This document shows positions 49,972 through 58,346 of a DNA stretch of 64,000 nt, piece after piece. The notes under the pieces are model-generated. The model had not been told where the DNA came from, made no database searches, and saw only the letters and a program-made list of their open reading frames with translations. The DNA is from Bacillota bacterium (GTDB lineage: Bacteria > Bacillota > DTU025): assembly GCA_050951805.1 (NCBI GenBank), contig JBMNJT010000002.1, forward strand, positions 1,088,001-1,152,000, read 5' to 3'. How positions within the stretch are numbered: the stretch's first letter is position 1; every line of letters begins with the position of its first letter. The position numbers and the translations under genes are program-made.

Positions 49972-51030
49972 GTGTTTGAACTAGAGCTTGAGGTTGACCA
50001 GTTGGCCAACATCAAAGTGGTTGGGGTTGGCGGGGGCGGGAGTAACGCCATCAACAGGATGATAAGTGCAGGATTAAAAGGTGTCGAATTCGTGGCCTTA
50101 AATACTGATGCCCAGGCCCTGCGCATGTCTAATGCGCCCCGGAAGATCCAGATAGGCGAAAAGCTTACAAAAGGGCTTGGAGCCGGCGCTAATCCCGAGA
50201 TTGGTAAGAAGGCGGCTGAAGAGAGCCGGGATTTGCTTGCAGAAACGCTGGATGGCGCAGACATGGTGTTCATCACGTGTGGAATGGGCGGGGGCACAGG
50301 TACCGGAGCTGCCCCGGTGATTGCCGAGATCGCTAAGGAACAAGGCGCTCTCACAGTGGGCGTTGTAACAAAACCGTTTTCATTTGAGGGCAGGCGACGA
50401 ATGGCGCAGGCGGACCACGGAACGGAAGAGCTGAAGGATAAGGTCGATACCCTTATTGTCATACCCAATGATAGGTTGTTGCAGGTTGCAGAGAGCCAGA
50501 CATCGATGCTCGATGCGTTCAGGATTGCGGACGACGTGCTACGCCAAGGAGTGCAGGGGATTTCAGACCTTATAACCGTTCCGGGACTGATAAACCTCGA
50601 TTTTGCGGACGTAAGGACTATCATGACTGACGCGGGTTCTGCATTGATGGGGATAGGCATTGCAAGCGGAGAAAACCGCGCTGCAGAAGCCGCTCGCTCC
50701 GCTACGGCCAGCCCGCTTTTGGAGGCTTCCATAAACGGGGCGAAGGGCGTTCTCATGAACATTACTGGGTCTTCAAATATGGGCTTATTTGAGGTGAACG
50801 AGGCAGCAGAGATAGTTTCGGAGGCTGCCGACCCGGATGCGCTTGTCATCTTTGGCGCAGTCATTGATGATTCAATGGGAGACGAGCTTAAGGTGACCGT
50901 TATCGCTACTGGATTCGATGTTCAACAGGCGGAGCAGCCTCTGAAGGCCAGGACTGATAGAGTCCAGATCAAGCCTCTCGCTGGAAGCGACGATCTGGAT
51001 ATTCCTCCGTTCCTGAGACGGGCAAGGTAG
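49972..51030 (+). CDS. ftsZ: Cell division protein FtsZ
   Basis: GGGTGTG and NLDFADV motifs; C-terminal DIPPFLR. Confidence 0.98.
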   Translation: MFELELEVDQLANIKVVGVGGGGSNAINRMISAGLKGVEFVALNTDAQALRMSNAPRKIQIGEKLTKGLGAGANPEIGKKAAEESRDLLAETLDGADMVFITCGMGGGTGTGAAPVIAEIAKEQGALTVGVVTKPFSFEGRRRMAQADHGTEELKDKVDTLIVIPNDRLLQVAESQTSMLDAFRIADDVLRQGVQGISDLITVPGLINLDFADVRTIMTDAGSALMGIGIASGENRAAEAARSATASPLLEASINGAKGVLMNITGSSNMGLFEVNEAAEIVSEAADPDALVIFGAVIDDSMGDELKVTVIATGFDVQQAEQPLKARTDRVQIKPLAGSDDLDIPPFLRRAR

Positions 51031-51231
51031 AACCGGAGCAGATTGAAATGAGGAGAGTTCGTGTAGCGGGGCGCTGATTTGCCAGGAGGCAGGGGCGCCC
51101 CGCGTTCAGCTGTACAGGAGCCGGGAGCGGACGGGCCTCCGAAGCCGTGCCAATTTGCGTTTGGCTATAGGGCTTGGCTTCAAGTAGAGGCCTAGCTGTA
51201 TGATCATTTCAGACGAATTGAACAAGATGTC

Positions 51232-51283
51232 CAACTGCCCTGCCTGCAGCTTGTTCAGTGCATGGTGGGCAAGGCAGTTTTGC
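51232..51283 (+). terminator. Terminator-like hairpin between ftsZ and spoIIGA
   Basis: AACTGCC-c-TGCCTGC...GTGGGCA-a-GGCAGTT followed by TT. Confidence 0.5.
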
Positions 51284-51309
51284 GTAATACCGGAATCATT
51301 CGTTTGTCC

Positions 51310-51387
51310 TGTCGGCGCAACCCGACACGGTTCGACGGAGCGCAGTGTTACACTTCAACACACAGAGCCTTCCTTGACTCCTACATT
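51310..51387 (+). promoter_or_regulatory. spoIIG promoter region with degenerate Spo0A boxes
   Basis: CCCGACA (51321), TTCGACG (51331) and TTCAACA (51354), each 1-2 mismatches from TTCGNCA; candidate -10 TACATT at 51382. Confidence 0.5.
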
Positions 51388-51449
51388 CACATTGTGAGAA
51401 GAATCCGGGGATCAACTGCATACAATCATACAATGAGGGGGCGTAGAGT

Positions 51450-52337
51450 ATGATCCGCATATACCTGGATTCTTTGCTCCTTCTTGCGGGAGGAACATTT
51501 GTTCTGGATTTCCTGACTTTATGGGCAGTAGGGCAGATAAGCAGGCGTTCAACACGCGCTTCAAAACTGATGCGAGCTTCCGTACTATCTGCTTCATCAT
51601 TTGTGGCCATTGTGATTCTCTCCGATCTCGGGATCATAATCCTGTCATCGCTCATGTCACTGACCGTTGCACTCTTGGCCGCTGGCGCATCATTGGTCAT
51701 TGCCTTTCCTGGAATGGACGCGCGCGAGCTCATCGTCGCCCTCTTCTACCGATACCTCCTCACCGTTATGGCAGGTGGTGCGGCTACGGCGGCTTATTCC
51801 GCTGCTGGCGGCAGCAGACCGTTGTCTTTCATTGCATCCGTTGCCACGGTGATGTTAGTGGCCGAAGCGGGATGGGGGGCAGTCCATCGCGGAATGCGGG
51901 AGGGCTTGTTTTACGTGCCTATCTCGATAAGGTTCGACCGGTATTCAGTCTCGCTAACAGCTCTTATAGACACCGGGAATCTTCTGAGAGATCCAATATC
52001 GGGTGTTCCGGCAATAATCGTGGAATACTCCGCTATTGAGCCTATCCTGCCTCATACAATCAAGGCTATGTTGGAGATTAGCGACGGCGATTGTGCGGCG
52101 GCAGCTGCCGCAATTGCGGAGTCTCCATGGTCAACACGTTTCAGGGCAGTGCCTTACTCTTCTGTGGGGCAGACCAGAGGGCTTATGGTTGGGTTTCGGC
52201 CGAGTGAAGTTAGGGTGCTAGACGGAAAGAAGGAGATTTCGACAGATAGGGCCATTATCTGCGTGCATAACGCTAGCTTGTGTTCTAACGGAAAATACCG
52301 CGCGCTGCTCAACCCCGAGATCCTCACCGCGGGTTGA
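51450..52337 (+). CDS. spoIIGA: Pro-sigma-E processing peptidase
   Basis: IYLD start, TM segments, LIDTGN.L.DP and VPY.SVG motifs. Confidence 0.92.
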   Translation: MIRIYLDSLLLLAGGTFVLDFLTLWAVGQISRRSTRASKLMRASVLSASSFVAIVILSDLGIIILSSLMSLTVALLAAGASLVIAFPGMDARELIVALFYRYLLTVMAGGAATAAYSAAGGSRPLSFIASVATVMLVAEAGWGAVHRGMREGLFYVPISIRFDRYSVSLTALIDTGNLLRDPISGVPAIIVEYSAIEPILPHTIKAMLEISDGDCAAAAAAIAESPWSTRFRAVPYSSVGQTRGLMVGFRPSEVRVLDGKKEISTDRAIICVHNASLCSNGKYRALLNPEILTAG

Positions 52338-52358
52338 GCGCTCCTGGGAGGCTTGTTC

Positions 52359-53093
52359 ATGAGAAAGCGGTTAGAGAGCATCATGTGGGCAATTCGGCTC
52401 TTCATAATCAAGGCCATTGGTTGGTTCGTAATTGTTGAGGACTCCCAGGTCCGCTATATTGGGAGTCACGAAATGCTTCCCCCTCCTCTGAGCCTGGATG
52501 AAGAAGCATTTCTCATGGAAAAGCTGAAGACCGGAGATATCTGCGTCAGAAGTGAACTTGTGGAACGCAATCTTCGTCTGGTGGTCTACATAGCGAGGAA
52601 ATTCGAAAGCACGGGAGTTGGCGTGGAAGATCTTGTCTCCATAGGCACGATCGGACTGATCAAAGCGGTAAATACATTTGACCCTGAAAAGAAGATCAAG
52701 CTCGCAACTTACGCATCGCGATGCATAGAGAATGAGATACTGATGTATCTGCGCAAGACCAACAAGATACGGAGCGAAGTCTCGTTCGATGAACCTCTCA
52801 ACGTGGATTGGGACGGGAATGAGCTCTTGCTTTCCGATGTCTACGGCACTGAAGATGATCTAGTTTATCAGGCCCTCGAGGAGGAAGTGGACCGGAGACT
52901 CCTTGGCGAGGCGCTCTCGAGCTTGTCGGGGAGGGAGAAGCGGATAATGGAGTTGAGATTCGGGCTTTCGGACGGATCGGAAAAGACCCAAAAACAGGTT
53001 GCTGATCTCCTTGGCATTTCTCAATCATACATATCTAGGCTGGAGAAGAGGATTCTTACCAAGTTGAGAAGGCAGATGATCAGGGTAGAATGA
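52359..53093 (+). CDS. sigE: Sporulation sigma factor E
   Basis: Pro-sequence; [33 protein letters not shown] and [11 protein letters not shown] motifs. Confidence 0.97.
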   Translation: MRKRLESIMWAIRLFIIKAIGWFVIVEDSQVRYIGSHEMLPPPLSLDEEAFLMEKLKTGDICVRSELVERNLRLVVYIARKFESTGVGVEDLVSIGTIGLIKAVNTFDPEKKIKLATYASRCIENEILMYLRKTNKIRSEVSFDEPLNVDWDGNELLLSDVYGTEDDLVYQALEEEVDRRLLGEALSSLSGREKRIMELRFGLSDGSEKTQKQVADLLGISQSYISRLEKRILTKLRRQMIRVE

Positions 53094-53117
53094 CCCTAGT
53101 CCATTCTTACCAGCTGC

Positions 53118-53153
53118 TTGCCCCTGCGCGGATCCGCGTGGGGGCGATTTTTT
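53118..53153 (+). terminator. Intrinsic terminator between sigE and sigG
   Basis: TTGCCCCTGCGCG-gatc-CGCGTGGGGGCGA followed by T6. Confidence 0.8.
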
Positions 53154-53186
53154 GTGAAAATATCGCCAATTAAGTTGATGCGGGCG

Positions 53187-53215
53187 GAATAAACCTTGGC
53201 TGTCGGAGCAATACT
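53187..53215 (+). promoter_or_regulatory. Sigma-F/G promoter of sigG
   Basis: GAATA-N15-AGCAATACT. Confidence 0.65.
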
Positions 53216-53257
53216 TCTGTTAGCAACACGAATGTGAGAATGTGGAGTTGTTCCGAT

Positions 53258-54031
53258 ATGGCGCTTAACAAGGTCGAGATCTGCGGCGTGAATACCTCGA
53301 AACTCCCGGTGCTATCCAGCTCAAAAATGCGTGAACTGCTCGAAGCGGTGCGCGATGGCGACAAGGAAGCTCGCGCCAAACTGATACACGGGAACTTGCG
53401 GCTGGTGCTCTCGGTAATACAGCGATTCACCAACAGGGGCGAATATGTTGATGATCTGTTTCAGGTAGGTTGCGTGGGGCTCATTAAAGCCATCGATAAC
53501 TTTGACCTGTCTCAAAACGTGAAATTCTCCACATATGCCGTCCCGATGATAATAGGCGAAATCCGGCGCTACCTGCGTGACAACAACCCGATCAGAGTAT
53601 CCCGCTCGCTTCGCGATATTGCATACAGAGCCCTGCAGGTCCGCGACAAGTTAATGTCAGAAACTTCAAGAGAACCTACGATAAACGAGATCGCCGCAGC
53701 TTTAGGAATACCAAGTGAAGAGGTAGTCTATGCACTCGATGCAATACAGGAGCCGATATCCTTGTTTGAGCCGATATACCATGATGGCGGCGACCCCATA
53801 TACGTCATGGACCAGGTATCGGACGAGAAGAACACCGACGCGAACTGGCTTGAGGGGATTTCTATAAAAGAGGCCATGCTCAGACTGTCGCCGAGGGAAC
53901 AGACCATACTCAAGCTAAGGTTTTTTGAAGGGAAGACCCAGATGGAAGTGGCGGACGAGATAGGCATATCGCAGGCACAGGTGTCAAGGCTCGAAAAAAA
54001 CGCGCTTCGACAGATGCGAAAATCGATGTAA
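53258..54031 (+). CDS. sigG: Sporulation sigma factor G
   Basis: NKVEICGVNTSKLP, DDLFQVGC and HDGGDPIYVMDQ motifs. Confidence 0.98.
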   Translation: MALNKVEICGVNTSKLPVLSSSKMRELLEAVRDGDKEARAKLIHGNLRLVLSVIQRFTNRGEYVDDLFQVGCVGLIKAIDNFDLSQNVKFSTYAVPMIIGEIRRYLRDNNPIRVSRSLRDIAYRALQVRDKLMSETSREPTINEIAAALGIPSEEVVYALDAIQEPISLFEPIYHDGGDPIYVMDQVSDEKNTDANWLEGISIKEAMLRLSPREQTILKLRFFEGKTQMEVADEIGISQAQVSRLEKNALRQMRKSM

Positions 54032-54057
54032 CTCGGGTCTCATAAGCCCAAGAGGGG

Positions 54058-54798
54058 GTGCCGACTACGAAAAAGGAAATAGTCGCCAGAACAATAACAT
54101 GTGGACTAGTGTTATTCTGTTTCACGCTGTGCGCCGTGGTTCTGGCTGCCCAATCTGATGCGGCTTGGGGTGAAGCCAGGCTAGCCTATAACACGTCCAA
54201 TCTGATCAGACTTCACGTCGTGGCACCGGCAGATGACAGCGCAAGCAGCTGTTTGAAGCTGGCGGTTCGAGACGCCATTCTTGGCGAGACCTCTTCCTTG
54301 CTGGAGAGCGCGAAGGATGCCCGTGAGGCTGAAGCGCGCATCCGGGCCAACCTCGGTCGGATCCAACGAATGGCGAATGAAGTTGTTGCACGGGCGGGAT
54401 TCTCACATTCCGTCCGCGTTACCTTGGGTATGGAGCAGTTCCCTGCGATATCGTACGGCCAGATATCGTTGCCTTCAGGAAGCTATCTGGCGCTTACAGC
54501 GGCTATAGGGCCGGCTGCCGGCTCAAACTGGTGGTGCATTCTGTTTCCCCCTCTTTGCTTGGTGGACGTGACAGAGGGATGCATAATAGAGGCTAGGCAA
54601 GATGGCAACAGGCCTATCGGCCTTGAGTTCGCAACGAGGTCTCTTCTGTTTGCTCCAACGGCTGCCGAAAAGGAAGCGGCCCTCTATCATGCATCCAGGG
54701 CTACTCAGCGTGCTACGCTTGCGCAACTCAACTGGGAATTGCCGGAGTGGATATGCAGGCTCCTCGGCCTGAGCAGGTTTGATCAAGCTAAGAGATGA
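54058..54798 (+). CDS. spoIIR: Stage II sporulation protein R
   Basis: LIRLHVVA, KL.VRDA, FP...YG and G.NWWC.LFPPLC motifs. Confidence 0.9.
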   Translation: MPTTKKEIVARTITCGLVLFCFTLCAVVLAAQSDAAWGEARLAYNTSNLIRLHVVAPADDSASSCLKLAVRDAILGETSSLLESAKDAREAEARIRANLGRIQRMANEVVARAGFSHSVRVTLGMEQFPAISYGQISLPSGSYLALTAAIGPAAGSNWWCILFPPLCLVDVTEGCIIEARQDGNRPIGLEFATRSLLFAPTAAEKEAALYHASRATQRATLAQLNWELPEWICRLLGLSRFDQAKR

Positions 54799-54818
54799 AG
54801 ATAGGCCACTGGAACAAG

Positions 54819-54846
54819 CACCTTGCAGCTGGCTCCCGCATACTAT
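54819..54846 (+). promoter_or_regulatory. Sporulation-sigma (K-like) promoter of ylmC
   Basis: CACC-N16-CATACTAT. Confidence 0.45.
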
Positions 54847-54882
54847 GTGGAGGGCCAGTTTTCGTTTTCAGGAGGTGCGCAC

Positions 54883-55131
54883 GTGATACAGCGGGCATCT
54901 GAACTGAGGGTCAAGGAAGTCGTGAGCGTCAATGATGGAAAGAGACTGGGCTTCATGTTCGACGTGGAGATAGACATGGACACAGGCAAAGTCATCAGCT
55001 TTGTGATACCCAGCGGCGGAAAAGTTCTGGGATTTTTGGGGCGAGGGGGGGAGCTGGTCATAGAATGGGATCGGATACGCAAGATCGGCCTAGATGTAAT
55101 CCTCGTCGATGACGCGGGACTGACGCTGTGA
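54883..55131 (+). CDS. ylmC: YlmC/YmxH PRC-barrel sporulation protein
   Basis: SELR.KEVV...DG.RLG and I.W..I.KIG.DVILV motifs; GTG after GGAGGTG. Confidence 0.92.
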   Translation: MIQRASELRVKEVVSVNDGKRLGFMFDVEIDMDTGKVISFVIPSGGKVLGFLGRGGELVIEWDRIRKIGLDVILVDDAGLTL

Positions 55132-55262
55132 TCGCTGTCCCCATTTAGCGCCATCTTCAATGCATGATCCTGGGGCCCTTTGTTGGGATCGTAGCATCTA
55201 CAAGAATACTGCTCTTGATTGGATTAGTATTGGAGACCGATTCCAAATCAAAACTTGAAGGA

Positions 55263-55437
55263 GCTGTCGAGACCGCCCAACGGTCTATCGTCATTTCTCG
55301 CAAGGGTCAGCGAGTCAGACCCGGGAAGATGAAGGCAAAATCTTGTCCGGGTATCGCCTGGGGAATGCCGTTATGCGAAAGTACCCTGAGTATACTGGGT
55401 GAAAGCCCAGGCTGAGGTGGCGATGCCCGAGACAAGG
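55263..55437 (+). ncRNA. Candidate structured non-coding RNA of unknown class
   Basis: Consecutive stems, including an ~18-bp helix (55341-55358 / 55419-55437) enclosing two GAAA-capped arms; G-U pairs favour the plus strand. Confidence 0.45.
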
Positions 55438-55587
55438 CGATAATTGATCTGGGTATGCTCGTGTGCGCCTTACGTGAACCGGGAATGAGGGTATTACCCC
55501 GATATTATCCATAACATACATGTTGATCGGGTCCATCTAGGGGCAGGATATATACGAAGGATGTTGATAGTAAAGGGGGATTGCCCC

Positions 55588-55616
55588 TTGAAAGACGGTG
55601 CCACTGATGTTATACT
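55588..55616 (+). promoter_or_regulatory. Sigma-A promoter of the Hint-domain gene
   Basis: TTGAAA-N17-TATACT with an extended -10 TG. Confidence 0.7.
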
Positions 55617-55640
55617 TTCGCCTGCTGGAGGCGATGTTAC

Positions 55641-56147
55641 ATGCAAGGCTATGCTTCCGAGGATACAACTGTTTTCCTCAAGGACTCGGCTGGCCGAATT
55701 CTGGAAGTAGCTCTTGTGTTCTTCAATGCCATGCTCGATTCCGATGCTGGCGGCGATGATCTTGGGGAATACAAGATCTTAGGCAGATCGGGTTGGACTG
55801 ATCTTCTTTGCGTGGCCAGGCGCAATCTGTGGGAGGGTGAGCAGCTCTGCCACATCCGCACGCGTCTTGGCCGTATTTTGCTGACTGGCGAACACGAGCT
55901 ATACGTGAGGAGGGGCCCGGTCGACGTGGTCGTGGCGGCGAACGATGTCAAGGCCGGAGACGCGCTTCTCATGCTTGAACGTCCGAGACTTGGGAAGGAT
56001 GCTCCTCCTCTTGGCGAAGAGATTAGTTTCAGAACCTTGGGAGTCCTTTCCGCGACTGCGTCCACCGGTTTTTCGGGATATGTGTATCAGCTTCAGACTG
56101 GAGATGGCACGTTCGTTGCTGATGAGTTTCTCGTGCATGGGCTGTGA
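55641..56147 (+). CDS. Stand-alone Hint (intein-fold) domain protein with degenerate splicing residues
   Basis: Block A-like YASEDTTVFLKD; block B TGEHELYV; A.DVK.GD.L; block F GYVYQLQT..GTFVA; block G FLVHG; SD GGAGG. Confidence 0.8.
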   Translation: MQGYASEDTTVFLKDSAGRILEVALVFFNAMLDSDAGGDDLGEYKILGRSGWTDLLCVARRNLWEGEQLCHIRTRLGRILLTGEHELYVRRGPVDVVVAANDVKAGDALLMLERPRLGKDAPPLGEEISFRTLGVLSATASTGFSGYVYQLQTGDGTFVADEFLVHGL

Positions 56148-56218
56148 TATAATTATGGCCGATGCATCGGCCCGCCGTCTGCGTGACGGTGGGGGCTGTG
56201 GGGAGGTCATCAGCTGGC

Positions 56219-57511
56219 ATGAGGGCTGCAGAACCGCGTCGGGCTAGGGTGGAAGAGCGGACGCCCGCTAAGCGCACGCAGAAGTCCTTCGCAATTGCCG
56301 TGATCGTTGTTGTGGTCGCGGTGCTTTCCTATTCTCTTTACGCAATGGTCAGTCCGGGCCTAGTGATCAGGTTCTCCGAATCTGCAGTGGCCCGCCACGG
56401 TTCGATCGAGCTTTCCTCTCGGGGCAAGGCCATAATAGTCAGGGATGAACGTGTCGTAATCACTCCAATCAGCGGAATAATCCATTTTCTGGTACCAGAT
56501 GGCGAGAAGGTCGCGGCCGGCACTGCTGTTGCTGAGGTGCGTGATACAGCGATTTCGTCATCTGTGGAGGCGAACGCTCTGCGCATCGAGGAAGAGTTGG
56601 ACAAATTCGTTCAGGAGGCGGCTCTGCGCGAGGGCAGGGAAAAAGACCGTCTGCTCGCTATAAGGGTCCAGATTGCGCTCAAGGAAGAGGAACTCAAGGC
56701 GTATGTGGATCGAAAGGATGCTAAGAACGCGAACAAGGTCCATTCCGAACTGGAGCAGCTCCACAAGCGGGAGGCAGCGGCTGAGGCCGAGGTGGGGCGG
56801 ATCGTCTTTGACACTCAGGCAGCCGCCGCTGCCATAGCGGAAGCAAAGCGCCAGTCTGACGCGGCGGCAGGACGCGCGCTGGCTGTCCTTCGAAGCTGCG
56901 ACGCTTCTCTGATCAGCGCCCATTTGGATGGGCTTGAAGGGATATTTAACCCGCGCAATCCTGATCTTCTTCTAATTAATCCCGCTGACTATGATGCCTT
57001 TCCTCACGTTCGGGCTGAGGGGGATCTGGTGGCGGCGGGTTCTGCAGTCTTCCGCGAAGTCCAGAACTTCAGGACTGATCTCCTTGTCTTTGCCGAGTTT
57101 CCTGGGGAATGCGTACCTGCGGTCGGCGCGCGAGTATGGGTTCGGTTCCCACGGTTGGCCCTCGAGGCTGTTCCTGCCACTGTCATGGGCGCTATGAACC
57201 GTCCTGACATGGGAGAAGGAACTTGGGCGTTCCATGTGGCTCTAGATAGATATGCGACAACCCTCACGAGTCTCCGGTCGGAGGATATCGACTTCATCAC
57301 CGGCTACGTCTCGGGGACGGTGGTTCCGATTGAGGCTTTAACAAGCAAGTACGGGGTGACTGGAGTTTATCTTTTTCGGACTGGCCGGTTCAGGTTCAAG
57401 GAAGTTGAGGTCATTGGTTCAAATGGGACCGAAGCCGTGGTCGCTGGCCTGAGCGAAGGAGATAGGGTAAAGCTCGGCGATGGCGGCCGTAGTGCGCGGA
57501 TGCCGAAATAG
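56219..57511 (+). CDS. HlyD/membrane-fusion-like protein of the yggS locus
   Basis: TM, lipoyl-like half motif (SG....V.DGEKV..G), coiled coil and C-terminal VP..AL...GVY...GL.EGD. Confidence 0.75.
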   Translation: MRAAEPRRARVEERTPAKRTQKSFAIAVIVVVVAVLSYSLYAMVSPGLVIRFSESAVARHGSIELSSRGKAIIVRDERVVITPISGIIHFLVPDGEKVAAGTAVAEVRDTAISSSVEANALRIEEELDKFVQEAALREGREKDRLLAIRVQIALKEEELKAYVDRKDAKNANKVHSELEQLHKREAAAEAEVGRIVFDTQAAAAAIAEAKRQSDAAAGRALAVLRSCDASLISAHLDGLEGIFNPRNPDLLLINPADYDAFPHVRAEGDLVAAGSAVFREVQNFRTDLLVFAEFPGECVPAVGARVWVRFPRLALEAVPATVMGAMNRPDMGEGTWAFHVALDRYATTLTSLRSEDIDFITGYVSGTVVPIEALTSKYGVTGVYLFRTGRFRFKEVEVIGSNGTEAVVAGLSEGDRVKLGDGGRSARMPK

Positions 57512-57546
57512 CGGCGGTACATTCCCTGTCTGGGTGGGGAAGGTAT

Positions 57547-57573
57547 GGAGGAATAGGTTAGAATTCGGAGAAT
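57547..57573 (+). promoter_or_regulatory. Sigma-H-type promoter for yggS-ylmH-divIVA
   Basis: GGAGGA-N17-GAAT. Confidence 0.55.
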
Positions 57574-57590
57574 ACGTAGCCTAGGATGAG

Positions 57591-58301
57591 GTGGGTTTTT
57601 TGTCGTCGATTGCCGATAATCTCGGGATACTTCAAGACAGGATTGCCGCAGCTGCGGGGCGCGCGGGTCGCGACCCCTCTGAGATTACTGTGGTGGGTGT
57701 AACCAAGAATGTCGAGGCTCAACGGATTGCTGAGGCAGTGGCCGTAGGGATTCGGGATTTCGGGGAAAACAGGGTGCAGGAGGCTGCAAAGAAGATCCCG
57801 CTTGTGGAAGCGGATGTCAGTTGGCATCTGGTGGGGCATCTTCAAAGGAACAAGGCTAAGCAGGCTGTGGAGCTTTTCTCTCTCATACATTCTCTAGATA
57901 GCGCTAGGTTGGCTGAGGAACTCAATCGCAGATGTGAAATGGCTGATTGCGTTATAGATCTCCTTCTCCAGGTCAATGTCTCCGGCGAGGATACGAAGTT
58001 CGGCATCCCGCCTGAAATGGCCCGGGATGCTTTGCTTGAAATGGCGAAATACGAGCGCCTGCGGGTTTGCGGACTGATGACTATTGCCCCATATTCTGAT
58101 GATCCGGAGGATGCTCGCCCATGCTTTGCTCGGGCTCGAAAGCTTTGGGAGGATCTAGGGAAGCTTTCGATTTCCAACGTGAGAATGGACGAGCTGTCCA
58201 TGGGGATGTCCGGTGATTACGAGGTGGCCATAGAAGAGGGCGCGACGATTATCAGGGTGGGCACGGCGATATTCGGGCCTAGGCAGCGCGAGTTATCGTG
58301 A
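57591..58301 (+). CDS. yggS: PLP homeostasis protein YggS/YlmE
   Basis: VTK, FGENRVQE, WH..G.LQ.NK, LSMGMS.D and IRVGTAIFG motifs. Confidence 0.96.
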   Translation: MGFLSSIADNLGILQDRIAAAAGRAGRDPSEITVVGVTKNVEAQRIAEAVAVGIRDFGENRVQEAAKKIPLVEADVSWHLVGHLQRNKAKQAVELFSLIHSLDSARLAEELNRRCEMADCVIDLLLQVNVSGEDTKFGIPPEMARDALLEMAKYERLRVCGLMTIAPYSDDPEDARPCFARARKLWEDLGKLSISNVRMDELSMGMSGDYEVAIEEGATIIRVGTAIFGPRQRELS

Positions 58302-58346
58302 TATCCGGCATTTCCCACTGCGAGCCGGTTGTATGGAGGTGCTTGC

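Noticed and set aside
51419-51434. Tandem CATACAAT (sigma-E -10 consensus) before spoIIGA as an autoregulatory promoter
   Set aside because: No matching -35 at the required distance for either copy
55360-55460. TPP, cobalamin, hammerhead, twister-sister or hatchet readings of the structured element
   Set aside because: Only isolated words match (CTGAG, GGGAA, TGATCTGGGT, GAAA); core motifs are missing or out of order
55164-55536. 83-aa plus and 73-aa minus ORFs in the ylmC-Hint gap
   Set aside because: No SD or family signal; base-pairing explains the sequence better
55509-55545. NrdR or LexA boxes near AACAT-ac-ATGTT
   Set aside because: Spacing and consensus fit neither factor
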